A DNA stretch of 53,573 bases, filler included, from Sphacelaria rigidula (GCA_964200075.2; 5 parts of 5 records of this genome joined end to end with filler, not necessarily neighbours in it); one strand, 5' to 3'. Shown: positions 12,073-25,100, counted from the first letter of the whole stretch. Made by a program: numbers and translations. The notes: generated by a model not told the origin, from the letters alone.

Positions 12073-15000
12073 ATGGTGAAGGGAGGAGGAGAGGACGCAA
12101 GCCGACGAGTATACTTAGACAGAAGAAGTCCGCTAGATGATGAAGAGGCAATCCTTGATTTCGCAGAGGAGCTGTTTGTGTCGTGCCGGTTTACCGAAGC
12201 TGTCAGGGTCTGCGGCAACGCCTTGGCGACGTACAAGTGCCCTCACAGCACTCGACCACCGGCCTCAAGCACTCCCCCAGCGGGCACCTTTTCTGGTAGG
12301 GCGGTAGCATTTGAAGATATGCTGATCGCGCCCATGGGTGCTTGTGATACGTACGACTTGCTCGTGGCTGTGCTCCTGCAGTGCGGATTCGAACTTGGGC
12401 GATTAGAGGAGTGGTCTCGGTGCAGGACGTTCTATGAGGTCCGAGGAACCATGCCGTTTGCTATAGGAATGCTGTGGTGAGTCCTGCAGTATATTCCCTC
12501 CAACGCGCTTTGTCCAGTTGGTGTTGGGATGAAAAGAGTTCTCCAGCCACCGCTGGATTTCTCACCAGGTTGAGAAGACCCCTTACGCTCGCGAATGGGT
12601 CTTAAGGTCCTTTTAGCGAGCTCAACGCTCAATCAACCCTTGCTCTCCTCTCTGATTTTTAGTGTCGTTCCTTTGCGATAGTATGGTCCCAAAGGGATTG
12701 AACTCAAACCCCCCAAATTAAGCTAGAATTCATGTGCGTCTCCGGAACGAAGCCTACTCTGTAGTGTACGGAGCGTGCACGGCAAGGAGGCCGAAGGCAT
12801 CCTCTTTTGCATCTGGAAAGTAGACAAAGGGGAGGAACGCAGCGGGGGGAGGGGGGGGGGGAGAGAGAAGACGACACTGTACTGTGCTATACAACATTGT
12901 ACTGTTCTGTGTGATATTGCCATTATCCCAGGGTGCGCATGAATTACCACAATTGATACTAAATATTTGATTAATTGATTGATTGATTGTCGTACTTTAA
13001 CTGCATTCAATATAAATAAAACGAATGGGATGGGATGGGTTTTTGTTGTTTTGGTGGTTTTTGGGCAAGGAGAACACTATGGAGGCAGTATTTTGGAAGA
13101 CAAGGCGTCGAGACCAGGCGCACTTCATGTGCTGCGATGAGGGCGAAAGTTGGACGGTGTGTTCGCTGGTATCACAGCAACGTGTCACAGTCACAGGCTC
13201 AGTAGCGTGAGCAGCTGAGGGCGCACCGTGCACTGAATTGATGGATACCACCGACGCGCCTTTATTTTATTCAACACACTCGTGCGGTATCGATTGGGCA
13301 CGCGGGCAGCATCAGGTCCTGGCAGCCTCATCGCGATTCTTCGCCCGGTCATGGGTGAAGGCTTAGCGAAACACAGCTAAGAATCTCCGTTGTATCCGTG
13401 AGAGTTTAGGGCTGAAATTCCCGCGCAAACTCGCGTGACAGGTTCAGGTTGAGCTCCTGTTGATGAAGCCAAGATTCTCAATCAGCATTTGATCGCATGA
13501 TCTGCAAAAGCAACAAAAGGCAATTCGTGCGTCGCGCCTTTTCTCGTGTTGGACGAGCAGCTTGTGCATATTCAGGCTCTCATTTCGCATGTGTGAAGAG
13601 CTGTAATGAGGTTTGACGACACCACCGATCGCGTCCGATGCGATTTTCCAACATGAAACTTGGCAGGCAACTCAGCAACCCACCCCGACGCAAACGTGAT
13701 CATCGCCCATATGACGCCCGACCCCCTGCCCAATACGCCGTGCTACGCCCTGCAAGCGGACCACACGGATATCCTTATATCTTACGTCAGCAAGCACGCC
13801 CCAAAGGGTTCCACGGTCGTCACCTCTTCCATATCAAAGTCCTGCTTGCCCCACTTAGCGTGTTGCCTTGATGTGAACGCGGTTCATTCGATATTGTAGA
13901 TGTCATTGCTGATTGATCTGGATTCAGTATTTAGCGATTGCTGGAGTTGTCACGGTCCTTGAAATGATGAGATCTCAGGTGTTCACTCTGGTTCCGGAAA
14001 TGAGCTTGTGCCTCCAAACTGTCCATCGCCGTGAGCCGAACATCCTGGGGCTTTGATCTATGACCCGAGTCCTGCGTCGCTAGTGCACGGGTTTCTCGCA
14101 CTCCACGTGCTTCCAAAGTGTGAAGATCTAGAAGGGGTAACGCTTTCGTCTTCGTACGGTGAAATACCACGCGTGCTCATGACTGGACATGAACTGCTTC
14201 CAAGCATTGAGTGCCTTATTGGTAAGGCGGATCTATGTGTCCATGTTTTAGTAGGGTAACATACTTCAGGTGAACGCGTGACAAAGGCATACCTTCCGCT
14301 TCAATAATATGCTAATATCGTCTATCTAGTTTCAGCAGCACGCGCTCTTCGTGTATCTGACAGATGATCTAATCATTATATTACCAAATTAAGATATAAT
14401 TTCACCTCCAGCAGGTCGCCCCGGTGGCTCAGTTGGTAACCTCAAAACCTTCTGACGGTTGGGCCGTGGGTCCAAATCTCGGAGCGGTCTGGGATTTTTC
14501 TCGCACAATGCCCACCCCTCTCGCGATAAGAATAAAGACACGCACCGCATAAGGAAGGTGGAGAACGAAAACAAAGAAGACAAACTTCCTGTGTTGGCCT
14601 TCCTGTTTGGCCCCGGCTGGTGCGCCCACATACACCGAAAGGTGGAGAGCGGTGCCCAGAAAAGACGGGACGATAACACACCCACAACAACAACAACAAC
14701 AACAACAACAAGAACGTTTTCGTGGGATTGGGAGTAGAACGCTGTTTGAGAGTGGCTTTAATCACTCGATTTAAGTTGGCCAATTTTTCATTCCGTGTGT
14801 GCTTTTCTTCGTCTCCATCACTGGCGTGTACTTACAGCTACGTATCGATATCCTACCCAGGGATATTAAGGGCCTCAGTGGCAAGGTACTACAGGGGCAT
14901 TTCGGAACTGAAGCGGGTCATTCACTAATTGACCGCTTTTCACTCTCAATAATGTCCTCTACTCTCAATCTCACGCATACCTTGTTACACACACCATATT

Positions 15001-15911
15001 TTTTTCGCCATCGTATTTGTTATTTGGCTGTCTTTTCATGTTGACCGTACAGAAATACTTGAACATGTACGTGAAGCAGTTTGTTGTGACCTGAGACATA
15101 GCCAAGCAATGTAACTCGTCACACAACGTCATTCCTCAACCCTGGCAGCCGTTGATGACATTGCCGCGACATGTGTATTCCCATTTTCTCGTCCCGTGTA
15201 CCAAGCAGGCTCCGTTTGCGCTTGGCTGGAGGGGAAGTAGATGTCGTGCGCGGAGTTTTATGTTCACTACGGTCAGAGTTGAGCAAGGAGCTGCAACGGC
15301 TTTCCTTGTCGCGCGACGATTCCTCGGAGATTCATGAACGAGCACTCCAAGTAAAGCACGGGCACTACGCAACAGCACACGCGAACTACTGCGAAGTGAC
15401 AGACACGCTCATCGCTCAGGTCATGTTGCCGGGCGGGGATGCAGCCGACGCGCTGTCGCTTGTTGCAAGCGATCTGCACCTCGGACCCAAAACAACAAGT
15501 CGGCTCATCGCCATGTGCCGAGCATCCGCGGCGACGACCCCAGCACGCCAACCGGACGCTGAAGACGGCCACAGGAGTATACACGACAGGAATTCTTGCG
15601 GACAAAACAGAGGGCATGCGGAAGGCGGTTCGAACCGACATAGCGCCGCTCACGATCGATTAGACACGCCAGAACAATGCGAAAACACGCGAAGTAGAAC
15701 TTTGGCGGGGGGATTTTTATCAGATTTTGCCTGGCAACAATGGGCACCCGAAACCCGAGTGCGACTTGTGGTAGCGGCCGGGGCGGCCGGTTTGGCGGCA
15801 TACGTGGCGTGTCGACGACGGGATTCTTTGTGGCGAGCTGTACGTAACGCCTCTGAGTTGGCGATGAGGACAGCCGGAGATCTTGGCACGTTCATTGTGG
15901 GTGCTCCGTGA
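12073..15911 (+). CDS. PEX26/Pex15/APEM9-like tail-anchored peroxin; 2 exons, 368 aa
   Basis: Exons 12073-12476 (TG|GTGAGT) and 15209-15911 (CAG|G) join in phase 2 to give Trp. The motif order resembles PEX26/APEM9: LDFAEELFVSCRFTEAVRVC...AVLLQCGFELGRLEE...FY...MPFAIGMLWLRL...YCEVTDTLIAQVMLPGG.AADALSLV. There is a single C-terminal TM (LVVAAGAAGLAAYVAC) followed by RRR and a short helical tail. Confidence 0.7.
14414..14711 (+). mobile_element. tRNA-derived SINE, full-length, with (CAA)n tail
   Basis: The head has an A-box (TGGCTCAGTTGG) and a B-box-like GGGTCCAAATC. The body is shared with other copies (ctctcgcgataa; ttcctgtgttggccttcct; cccacatacaccgaaaggtg), and a simple-repeat tail follows. 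Confidence 0.8.
14716..14980 (+). mobile_element. ~270-bp MITE family, copy 3
   Basis: Inverted termini ttttcgtgggattgggagtaga and tctactctcaatctcacg; the internal sequence matches the copies at 9640 and 53363. Confidence 0.75.
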
Positions 15912-17043
15912 GCACATTCAGCAGTGGGATCACCTGCATCAAGGCATTACTAGTCACGAGGACGAAAATTTAGATGCATAGTTCACTGTGATCTGTAACG
16001 TCGTTGTTTTCTTCAGGATCGTCAAGAAACTGAATGCATATGGATCTGCTTGACTGCTTCTTTTCCTCTAAAAAGCAAGACATTTTCTTGCACAAATCGA
16101 GCCGCGCCTTGTCTAGACAACCCGTTCACTGACAAAAGATTGAGGGGAGATTGTTGAACTGTCACAGCCATGAAGGATGGTAACTTCTGAGTGGATCACC
16201 TGTCGCTATTCCTGGCGCTCTGCGGGGCCGCCACGCTGTGCCCAACAGCAACGTAGCCAATGCCATCGTGATGCCTATACCTGCGCTGAAATATAGTTTT
16301 GTCGTGAAGATTGTTCATTTTCCCTAGTTTCGACGACAACCGTTGCCCCACCCCCTCAACTCATCTGCATATATACACACCCAGGAAGGGAAAAACGTCC
16401 AAAACTCACTCGGAAAAGGGATCCAGACCCACCGGGGGCTTGTGAAGACACGCGATGTGAATAATTGTCCCATCCGCCTGCATCTATCGTTGCCCACCCT
16501 GTAGACCAATACCATCACAAACCTGTCTTGCCCACAACCCACCGTCAACGATACCGTGACCCCGAAAGGATAAAATACAGCCTCTCGTGTTTCTCCCATA
16601 GTTTCGCGGGGTCACGTGTTCCAGTATTGTTTCAACTACTATGTCACAACTCTCCCATTCATGAATCTACAAGACAAGAAGACACGCGCGGTTTTCTTCG
16701 CAGCACGAAAAAGCATACGCCGCCACGACTCAATATCTTCCTGACCTCTCCGCTTGATCCACGATCGTGCGTGACGACGCTCCGCCCTCGATATGTAAGT
16801 GGTCAAAGCTCAACGGTCAAAACAGAGGAGACAAGCACGGCAACAGGTATACCTCTTCCACGCCCCCCTCCTCCCCATCTCCCCGACCGTACGATCGACC
16901 ATCACACCCGCCGCCGTTCGTTTCCTCTCGAGAGGGGCGAGGAACCCTCAATTGCAGCAGAACGTAGTCAAGACAAGGAGGTACCCCGAAGAAATTAAAC
17001 AACAAAGCACTCTCGTCCCCAGGAACCATCGACCTCCGTATGG

Positions 17044-17397
17044 TCACTTGCGCAGCGCGGCCAACCTATTCGCGAGTTCATCTTCCCCATTTGCTTCCGC
17101 AGGGGCTGCCGCCGGCTTTGCGGGAACCTTATTCGACACAGGTCCGGCGTCGTCGAGCTGCTCCCCGAGCTCCAACCCGGCCTCGTCTGCAACCATCTGG
17201 ATGAGGTCGTCCACTTGCTCCTGAGGCGTGGACATGGCGGTGCTGTCGCTCATGGCATTCTCCATGTAGCCGGCGCGGACGTCCATGTCCTCGAATTGCT
17301 GCTCGAAGTTGTCCATGGTTTTGGAGATCCGCTCGACGTCCATAGCTTTTAGCGCGGAGCCCATTCCCTTCACCACGCCCTCCATCGACTTGTTGAC
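17044..17397 (-). CDS. CHMP1: ESCRT-III subunit CHMP1/DID2/VPS46 (Snf7 family), last exon
   Basis: After the acceptor CAG|GTC: VNKSMEGVVKGMGSALKAMDVERISKTMDNFEQQFEDMDVRAGYMENAMS..TAMSTPQEQVDDLIQMVADEAGLEL...EDELANRLAALRK*, ending in a C-terminal MIM1 motif. Upstream exons were not found in this contig. Confidence 0.93.
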   Translation of the reverse strand, partial: VNKSMEGVVKGMGSALKAMDVERISKTMDNFEQQFEDMDVRAGYMENAMSDSTAMSTPQEQVDDLIQMVADEAGLELGEQLDDAGPVSNKVPAKPAAAPAEANGEDELANRLAALRK

Positions 17398-18889
17398 CTG
17401 ATAAGGGGGTTTTGGGGGTGGGGCGGGTGAGGTTCGGGACAGTCGAGACATCATTGTGTTGTCCATCTGGTCTATGTCTAGAACTGGACCGTGCCATAAT
17501 GCTTGTAATCTTGGAATATCGCATATACGGTATATCGTGTGGCACGATTATGTAGCATCAAGGAGCTAGAGATTGCGCGCTTAGGTGCGTTGATGCTGGT
17601 GAAAACTACCGCGGATGCTCTTCACCCTCGAGAACCCAACTGTCAACGACCAAGTTGGTATTTGGGGGATCTGTCTGTTGCTATGCTGTGGTTCGGCTTT
17701 GTTGACTACGTGAGAGTACCTCCTGTGGTCGACGGCCGCGCAGTTTCCCTGATCCAGCATACCGATGCGATGGGTCCATACGTGCAAATATATGAAGTGT
17801 CAACATGCTCTGGAAAGGAATGTGGAAAGTCACTAGTCTCTCATGGGTTAACCCCTGGACAGCTTGCGTCGCATCGGGACAGTTTCACTGACTGGCAGTA
17901 TATGGACACCCGAAGATTTCCATAGGGCAGGGGGGTGGTTTTTGACTGAGAAGTGGGGACCTGTTCGCCAGACAGCCCAAGAGCTCACCAAGTGAACCAT
18001 GTGCGCTTGAAATTTTTGCAGCCAGAAGCGAGGCCCGAGAGGAGCGGAGTGGCTAATCTGACCAATCACAGTTATCAAAATGGTTACTTTGTTCCCCTGC
18101 TGGTGGACAAAAGGCGGACTTCGCTGTCTAGCCATATTCCTCATTTCGTTAATGACAAGTCGACGATAGATGACATGGACACAAACAACGTGCTTTTTAC
18201 TGTGGTTCATGTGCCGCCTGTTTGACCCTCCATGTATCACCAGCGTAGCTTCATACTGCCCGTAGTGTTGTGGAACACGAAGCAGAGGCACCAGCAGCAT
18301 GCAGTAGACTGCATTCAGTGGAGAGCAATGGCGCGCTGACTGTTTCTTGCCGTTGTGTATCCAGCGGAGACACACATATACGTCCTATGCACGCAATTTG
18401 ATTGCAGGGTCAAAACCGGTCAGGGGTTCTCCGGGACTGCTCTTCAAGTAGATGCCAAATATTCACATGTTCATGTAAAAAGGCGAAATGTTCAGCTAGG
18501 AAGAAGCTATTCCGGTACCCAAAATGTGGCAGTCTATCTTGGTCCTTCTGAAGGGGTTCGCCGTCTAAGGGTTAAGGTCGCCCTCTGTCACGGTCGCGGG
18601 TGCTGACCAAATACCATGAACCAAAAATACATAATCGTCGAAATTTCGTCTGAATTTCGTACCGACGTCGGGCCCCAGAGTCTCAAATTTCGCCAAAAAG
18701 AATAGCGTATGAAGCCTGTGCCAATTTCAAGATACACAAGTATTTATGTATATATATATATATGTAGCACCATTAGAGCTCGGAAATGGTTTTGTCTAAG
18801 TTACGCCAAATAAATCACGTGAACATTGCGTACTTTGCTCACTCAATCATCCGTCAGTCGATCATCTCTGACAACCCACGGACACAAAA

Positions 18890-18962
18890 CGCCGGCAACC
18901 AGAATGGAACTGGTGACAATCAGGGTTACAATTTGATGCTCTGCCAACTGAGCTATACCAGG
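18890..18962 (-). pseudogene. Degenerate tRNA-Tyr(GTA)-like sequence
   Basis: The minus strand reads CCTGGTA TA GCTC AGTTGGCA GAGC A TCAAA TTGTAAC CCTGA TTGTC ACCAG TTCCATT CTGGT TGCCGGC G, followed by TTTT. The D and T stems are perfect. There are two mismatches in the anticodon stem, a TTCC T-loop and a terminal acceptor mismatch. Confidence 0.65.
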
Positions 18963-20761
18963 AATAGTTATCTACTACACCCGGAGTCCATTCTTCTGGA
19001 AAGCTCATCACACCAGGCATGGTCAACTGGTGGTCTTGCCGTATATATAATCCAGTGGGCATGTCGAAAAGCACGATGTCAACTACAGTGCCGCATTCAC
19101 GACCATTGAGTTTGGCGACAATTGTTCTTTAAGTAAACCGTCGACAGCACTGATGGACATTCAGATCAGTACGTGGTTTACGATGGCACCGACACTCATC
19201 ACGAACGTGGACACAGCAAAACATACACACCTCACGCAATATAATGCTGAAAAGAAAATACAGTGGAAGTCACGAGTAAGCCATTTTGAGAAACCGTGGA
19301 AAGTGACCTATCCGAGAATGCAAAGAAAATCGATTCATTCCACTGAAACTGTGTTTGAAGGAACAAAATAGAGGCGATTGTCGCTGCCGCCCATGCAAGT
19401 ACAACACCACCATTCAAACAGTTTGAGCACAGGTACTGCCTCCGCTCACGGAGGGGAAAAACTGCGCAAGACGGGGGCGAAAGTAACCGAAAGGCGCCGT
19501 TAGGCACTCGTCTCTGCCACGCATTCTTGTACGCACAAAATGCATTGTACTGTTGTTCTGTGTGTCAACAACCTTCCAGGTCAAGGAGGAGCTCGAGTGT
19601 TTCAGTTTCGGGCAAGCTTATCCTCCAACATGTGTTACGCCGTCCGACCTGCTTGTTTTAGGAAATCTCACGTTGTCACGGCGACATTACCGACCGCTGT
19701 GGACTATGTTACTGTCACGTATAGTCCACATTGAGCCATATCTCAGAGCAACACACGATTAGCCGGGCAAGTGATTTCACAGTACAGATATGACCGTAGC
19801 CACCTCTGTGTGAGCCGTCTGCACCACCATTGTCCTCGAGCATCCGCTAACTCGTGGTACAAACATGAAACATTTATTTCCCCGAGTCAAAAGGAGCAGC
19901 AGCGGCCTGTTCCGTGCGAAACGCGCACAGCACCATGAAGGAAGACCCCCCCCCCCCCGGTCCTAGTAGAGCCTGGTATCATATAGGTTAGGGGAGATAT
20001 ACCATATCTATATGTACCTCCCCCAAAAATGGTGGTATGTCATAAAATTTGATATATTTGTAGTTGAGTTCATATACCCCACATTTTTCCATATATCGCT
20101 ACGAATGTGATATATATACATATATATATATGGGGAATATGGTATATAGATATAAAGTGATGTAATATACATCTCTCGTGATATCTGGCCTGTATGGTAT
20201 CACCTGGCATCTGACCTATTTGAAACATAATAATGTTATGTGTTACCGCCGCATATATCGGATATTTCGGGGTTTTCTGTTTCACTCTCGCCTCCATATA
20301 CGTTTTGCCCTGTCACATCAGTACCTACCATTAGTGTGAACCTGTGCCATACTGGCAGTTGTATCGGTGACTCCAGCCAACGTACCTGCTCCGAGCTCCG
20401 AGGTTATATTTACGTGTGTGGTGAAGTGCAGACAGCAGTAGCATCGCGATCAATAACGACGACAACGCGTGTCATTAGAATGTATGATATTTTCTTATTA
20501 TTGCTGGCACCCCCAACGTGATCCTTTCGACCTTCAAGCCGCATCACAGGTCAGCGGGGTATCATGATACATTGCTCCTACGGCCGACTGCAACCGGACT
20601 TTTCTCGACCGAACAAGAAAACCAAAGCAAAAAAAACTGCGGCAAATCAAAAACGCCTGGGTGCCGCTCATCGCGGGTTAAAACTTCATCACAGCAATCT
20701 TAAAAGCCTGACAGACTCCTTTTGTGTCCCTTTTTGTGCGTGTAGGCGAGTGGGCGCAGTA

Positions 20762-21293
20762 GTGTGTGTGTTGTGTGTTATCGTCCCATCTATTTTGGAC
20801 GCCGGTCTACACCTTTCGGTATATGTGGGCGCACCAGTCAAGGTCACACAGGAGGAACGTCAACACAGGAGTTTTCACTTTCTTTCTGCGGCGTTTGCCT
20901 TTTATTTATTATCGCGAGAGGGGTTCAGTAGTCCTTTTCCCGCGTCGACCATTAACCCTTCGACCACGAGGATAGGTCGCCTGCTGAATCGGCATCAATT
21001 TTCACTTGGGATAAGTATGCGTGATCTAGTTGGGCTACCCACAGCGCGGTCTGAGTAAGGTTTGAGTTGTTTACGACATAATCCCTCTCCACTGTTGGGC
21101 ATTGTGTTGAAAATATCGCAGGTTGCTTCGAGGTTCTAACCCACGATCCAACCATCAGAAGGTTTCCACGGTACCCACGATATAGTCGTTTTTAACTGTT
21201 GGTTATCGTGTGAGGAAAATCTCAGATCGCTCCGAGATTCGAACCCACGACCCGTCCGTCAGAAGGTTTCGATGTCACCGACTGAGCCATCGG
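20762..21293 (-). mobile_element. tRNA-derived SINE copy plus a second SINE head in tandem
   Basis: The reverse complement of the SINE tail and body lies at 20762-20950, with a head at ~21120-21170. A second head at 21205-21293 has an A-box TGGCTCAGTCGG and a B-box GGTTCGAATC on the minus strand. Confidence 0.75.
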
Positions 21294-21372
21294 TATACTC
21301 ATGATCATGCATGCCATAGTCATTAGACCATTGACCTCGCATCCCTACAATGCCGGGACGGAGCACGCCGAG

Positions 21373-21472
21373 NNNNNNNNNNNNNNNNNNNNNNNNNNNN
21401 NNNNNNNNNNNNNNNNTTAATTAATTAANNNNNNNNNNNNNNNNNNNNNNNNNNNNNNNNNNNNNNNNNNNN
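21373..21472. other. Artificial contig linker
   Basis: 44N-TTAATTAATTAA-44N. Confidence 0.98.
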
Positions 21473-22129
21473 ATGGCAGTGCAGCTGGAGCCGTTCTGCT
21501 CTCGTGATCCGGCGGGGCCGGGAGTGCGGCGATTTCATCCCCGGGTGGCGATAAGTGGTGCGTGAGAGAAAATCCTTCATTCTCCACACTTTCTACCGAT
21601 GCGTTTGTGGGTTTAGATGCATCACTACTCTTGTGTAACACCGTCACAACGGTAGATACCACTCGTGCGATTATTTGTTTTGGAGGCAAGTGAGGGACGC
21701 GTGTTTTGATTTGCGGGAAAAACTCTTTTTCATTTTTTTTCATTTTTTAGATGTTCCCAGCACACGCTCACCTCATCCAAAAATATTGACACTCGTACTC
21801 TACAGGCTGAAACTGTGGATACCACCCCCTTATTGACGATAGAAACTGCGTTTCGACCGCTCAGTACCCGGCGTCAGCATGCACCCCCGGCCCCAATAGC
21901 CCAAATAGCAGTTGGCCGATGTTGTTTATATAGTATTTTGCACCATCTTTCAAGTTGATGGCTCTCAATGTGTTAACCTATCGTGTTGAACTCGAAAATA
22001 TCAAAAGCGTGGCCTTGACGATCGCGGGTGTACCCAGCGACTATCTGCAGTGCGGGTGGGCTCTTGGTGTCATATGGTTGTCATGTTCCAACGCTTTCTC
22101 CTGACACTTGGTGACTCAATGAATCATAG

Positions 22130-25100
22130 GAGGTGGTAAGGATGCTGGTGGACGCAGGTGCAGGGGTTTCTGAGCAGGATCAAGATGGTCTGACGGCACT
22201 TATGAACGCAGCCGAGATTGGCGCGGCCGAGATCGTCACCTACCTTCTCAACAAAGGGTGAGGCGTACACGATGTACTCGCACGAGATCTGGAGAGTCCG
22301 GATGTCGTAGTCCACCAGTTGCCATGCATGCGCGAAACCTAGAGTCATCTCGAGTGGGTACAATCTCCTTTGTCGAAGGTACAGTATCATGTTGGATGTT
22401 TTGTGGTGCTATACCTCGGTGGGATTTCAACCTTGACGCCGTTGGTCGTTCTACCAGTAGTACCCTTATTCGAAGGTACCCTGCTCATGTAAGTTCAGAC
22501 CTCGTTATTCTTTGATGTCTTGCTCCCAATGATGGAACATGACCTGGAGCGTGGCAAGGTCATGCTGTCCCTGCCCTCGACACGCTGTAACCTGCGTCCA
22601 TTGTACACGGCACCGGAGCAGGTGGAGATATGGTAGCCTGGTTGCCCTAATTTGCTGGAAACTGTGACGTGTTGTTACGTGTTGCTGCGGTGCTGCAGGG
22701 CCGACCCAAATGTCATGTCGGAGACGGGGTTTACATCGCTTATTCTGGCGGCGGCAGGGGGGCACCTGGAGGTGGTCAAGACGCTTGTAGAGAAGGTAAG
22801 GTCACTCATTTCGATCACTCGTTGTGTTGAACTTGAATTGAAGGGTGTGCGGAATGCTGCAGGCTAGGAAGCCGTGTAACAGCAGTTGTGGCGTCGGAAC
22901 ATGGCGTATTGTACATGAGCGCACTTCTACCTCCATACTGGGATGTGTCGCACGAGGCGCAGAGGCTGATAGCCTCCATTGTCTATGGAAAGAGATGGAG
23001 TAAATGTGATTGATGTGCGGTGTAACCTGTTTGTCGGTGCTGTTGCCGATTTGCGTTTGCCAGGGCGCTGCGATAAATGGAGAGCACCCGGAAGGAGTGA
23101 ATGCACTCATGTACGGGGCGGCGGGTGCACACATGGGTGTTGTCCAGGTTTGCAATGTTCTTGTTTAGAACGTGGACATGTCAACTTCGTGGAGCTAGCC
23201 TTTGAATGTTTATACCAATCCGGCGTGATGAACATATTGCTTGTCGCACCGAGTCACCCCTGTCGCCGCAGTTATTAATCGCAGGATGGCGGATATGCGT
23301 GACAGGAGCTTGCTATTCCTTTCTTGACGTAACTCGCTCTTGCTGTCTCGTTGCTGTCTTCAGTACCTGCTCGAACCTGGAAAGGGTTTGGAAGGCGCAG
23401 AGGTGAACCAGCTTCACGTCCACGGTGGATCAGCGTTGATGGAGGTGCGTGCCACGTGTGTGCCACGATCCTCCTTACCCTCCTTGCCTTCATTTCATCG
23501 CTCATTAGTCCTTTATCACTTCTGATGGTACTGTCTGTGCGGAATGACAACACGAGTAGCTAGCGTGCTGTACTATGGTGTAGTTAGTGCCTCTGTCCGG
23601 GTAGATGGTGTGGTGGCTTGTGGTCGATTCTGATGCAACCGGCCAACTGGCCTCGATTGCTGCGAAACAAAATTCAAAACGCCATGTGCCCCGATAAAGC
23701 ATAAAAACTGTTACGCACTTTTGGGGCTCCGGCAGGCCAGCACCTCCGGCAACGTGGGCGTGATGAACCTCCTGCTCAACAAGGGAGCGGATGTGGGAGT
23801 CACAGACAAGGACGGGGTCACTACGCTCATGTCTGCCGCCAGTCATGGACACGCAGAGGTGAACTGCAAAAGCCAGTGTACTGAACTGTGGCTGTCGCAG
23901 AACACGTTTGGTGTGCAAGTTTTGCAACTTGTGCACCCCAATTGGGAGGAGTTTGGTGGTTCGCACAGACCGTCGACTAAGTGGTGTATAGAGTGCTGCA
24001 CTAACTGGTGCACTAATCCTCCTTATTGTTCTGATGTTCGTCGGTTCGTCGGCATCTTGCCTCCCGAACAATTCCCGAATAATCGGTGTCCGTCGATCCG
24101 TGGATGTTCTCGTCAGGCATGTAAAGTTTTGCTCGATGCGGGAGCTCCTCTGGATGTGAAGGCATCATCCGGGGGGACTGCTCTCATGTTCGCAGCAGCA
24201 GCTGGATACACTGACGTGGTAAACCTCCTCTTGGAAAAGGGCGCAGACCCCAACGCAAGCGTCAAGGTATGATGCCGTACCCAACAGTATTACGAGCTGG
24301 GCCGGCCTGAAAACGGATTTAAGCTCTCAAAGCGACATCTCATCGACACCGGCGAGTTGGGCCGTGATCCGCATATCGTATTAATTATCTAATCAAGGGG
24401 AAGGTGCCCATCTGCTCAAAATTTTGGGCCCATATTTTCTCGTTGATTAAATCCCATGTCAAGCAATTCCTATACCTAGGGGAGATAGCGCCAGTACTAA
24501 AATCTCTATGAAACTCCCGATCGATGCATTTAACGGATGGCGACAGAAATTGGTGTGGAGAACCACAAAAGAGTGCCGAATAAAAAAAACATATATGGGC
24601 CTTCATTTTTTTTTTAATAGAGGTTAAGGCGTTTTAGTGAAAAAACAGTCCTCGCCATGGTAGAACGCCCTAACCAGTGACAAAAATTGAAAAAAATCAA
24701 CCTGACCCACTTTTTCTTGTTAATTATGCCTCAAGGAGCGCCCACACAAATGTTCAATACACGAAAACCAAACAGGGGCCGGTGAGTGGTCTGCGAAATA
24801 CTGTTACGAATTTCTACCGACCCAGTTTTTGAAAGGCCCATGCTCCCGCGAGTATTTAGAGTTGGACCCTGAAATTTGGTATGGACAATGAAAAGGGCAT
24901 GAAAAAAAATTACAGGAGTACCAGAGTTTTTTTTTTCCGTGAGTTTTGGGCAATAGTAACTTTTCAGGTATCAGTAAAATACCTTCAACTCATGAAAAAA
25001 AAAAAAACTCTGGTGCTCCTGTAATTTTTCTTTCATGCCCTTTTCATTGTCCATACCAAATTTCAGGGTCCAACTCTAAATACTCGCGGGAGCATGGGCT

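Noticed and set aside
13600..14260. Coding-looking stretch inside the PEX26-like intron
   Set aside because: Short interrupted ORFs with no recognisable domain; the two flanking exons already join in frame.
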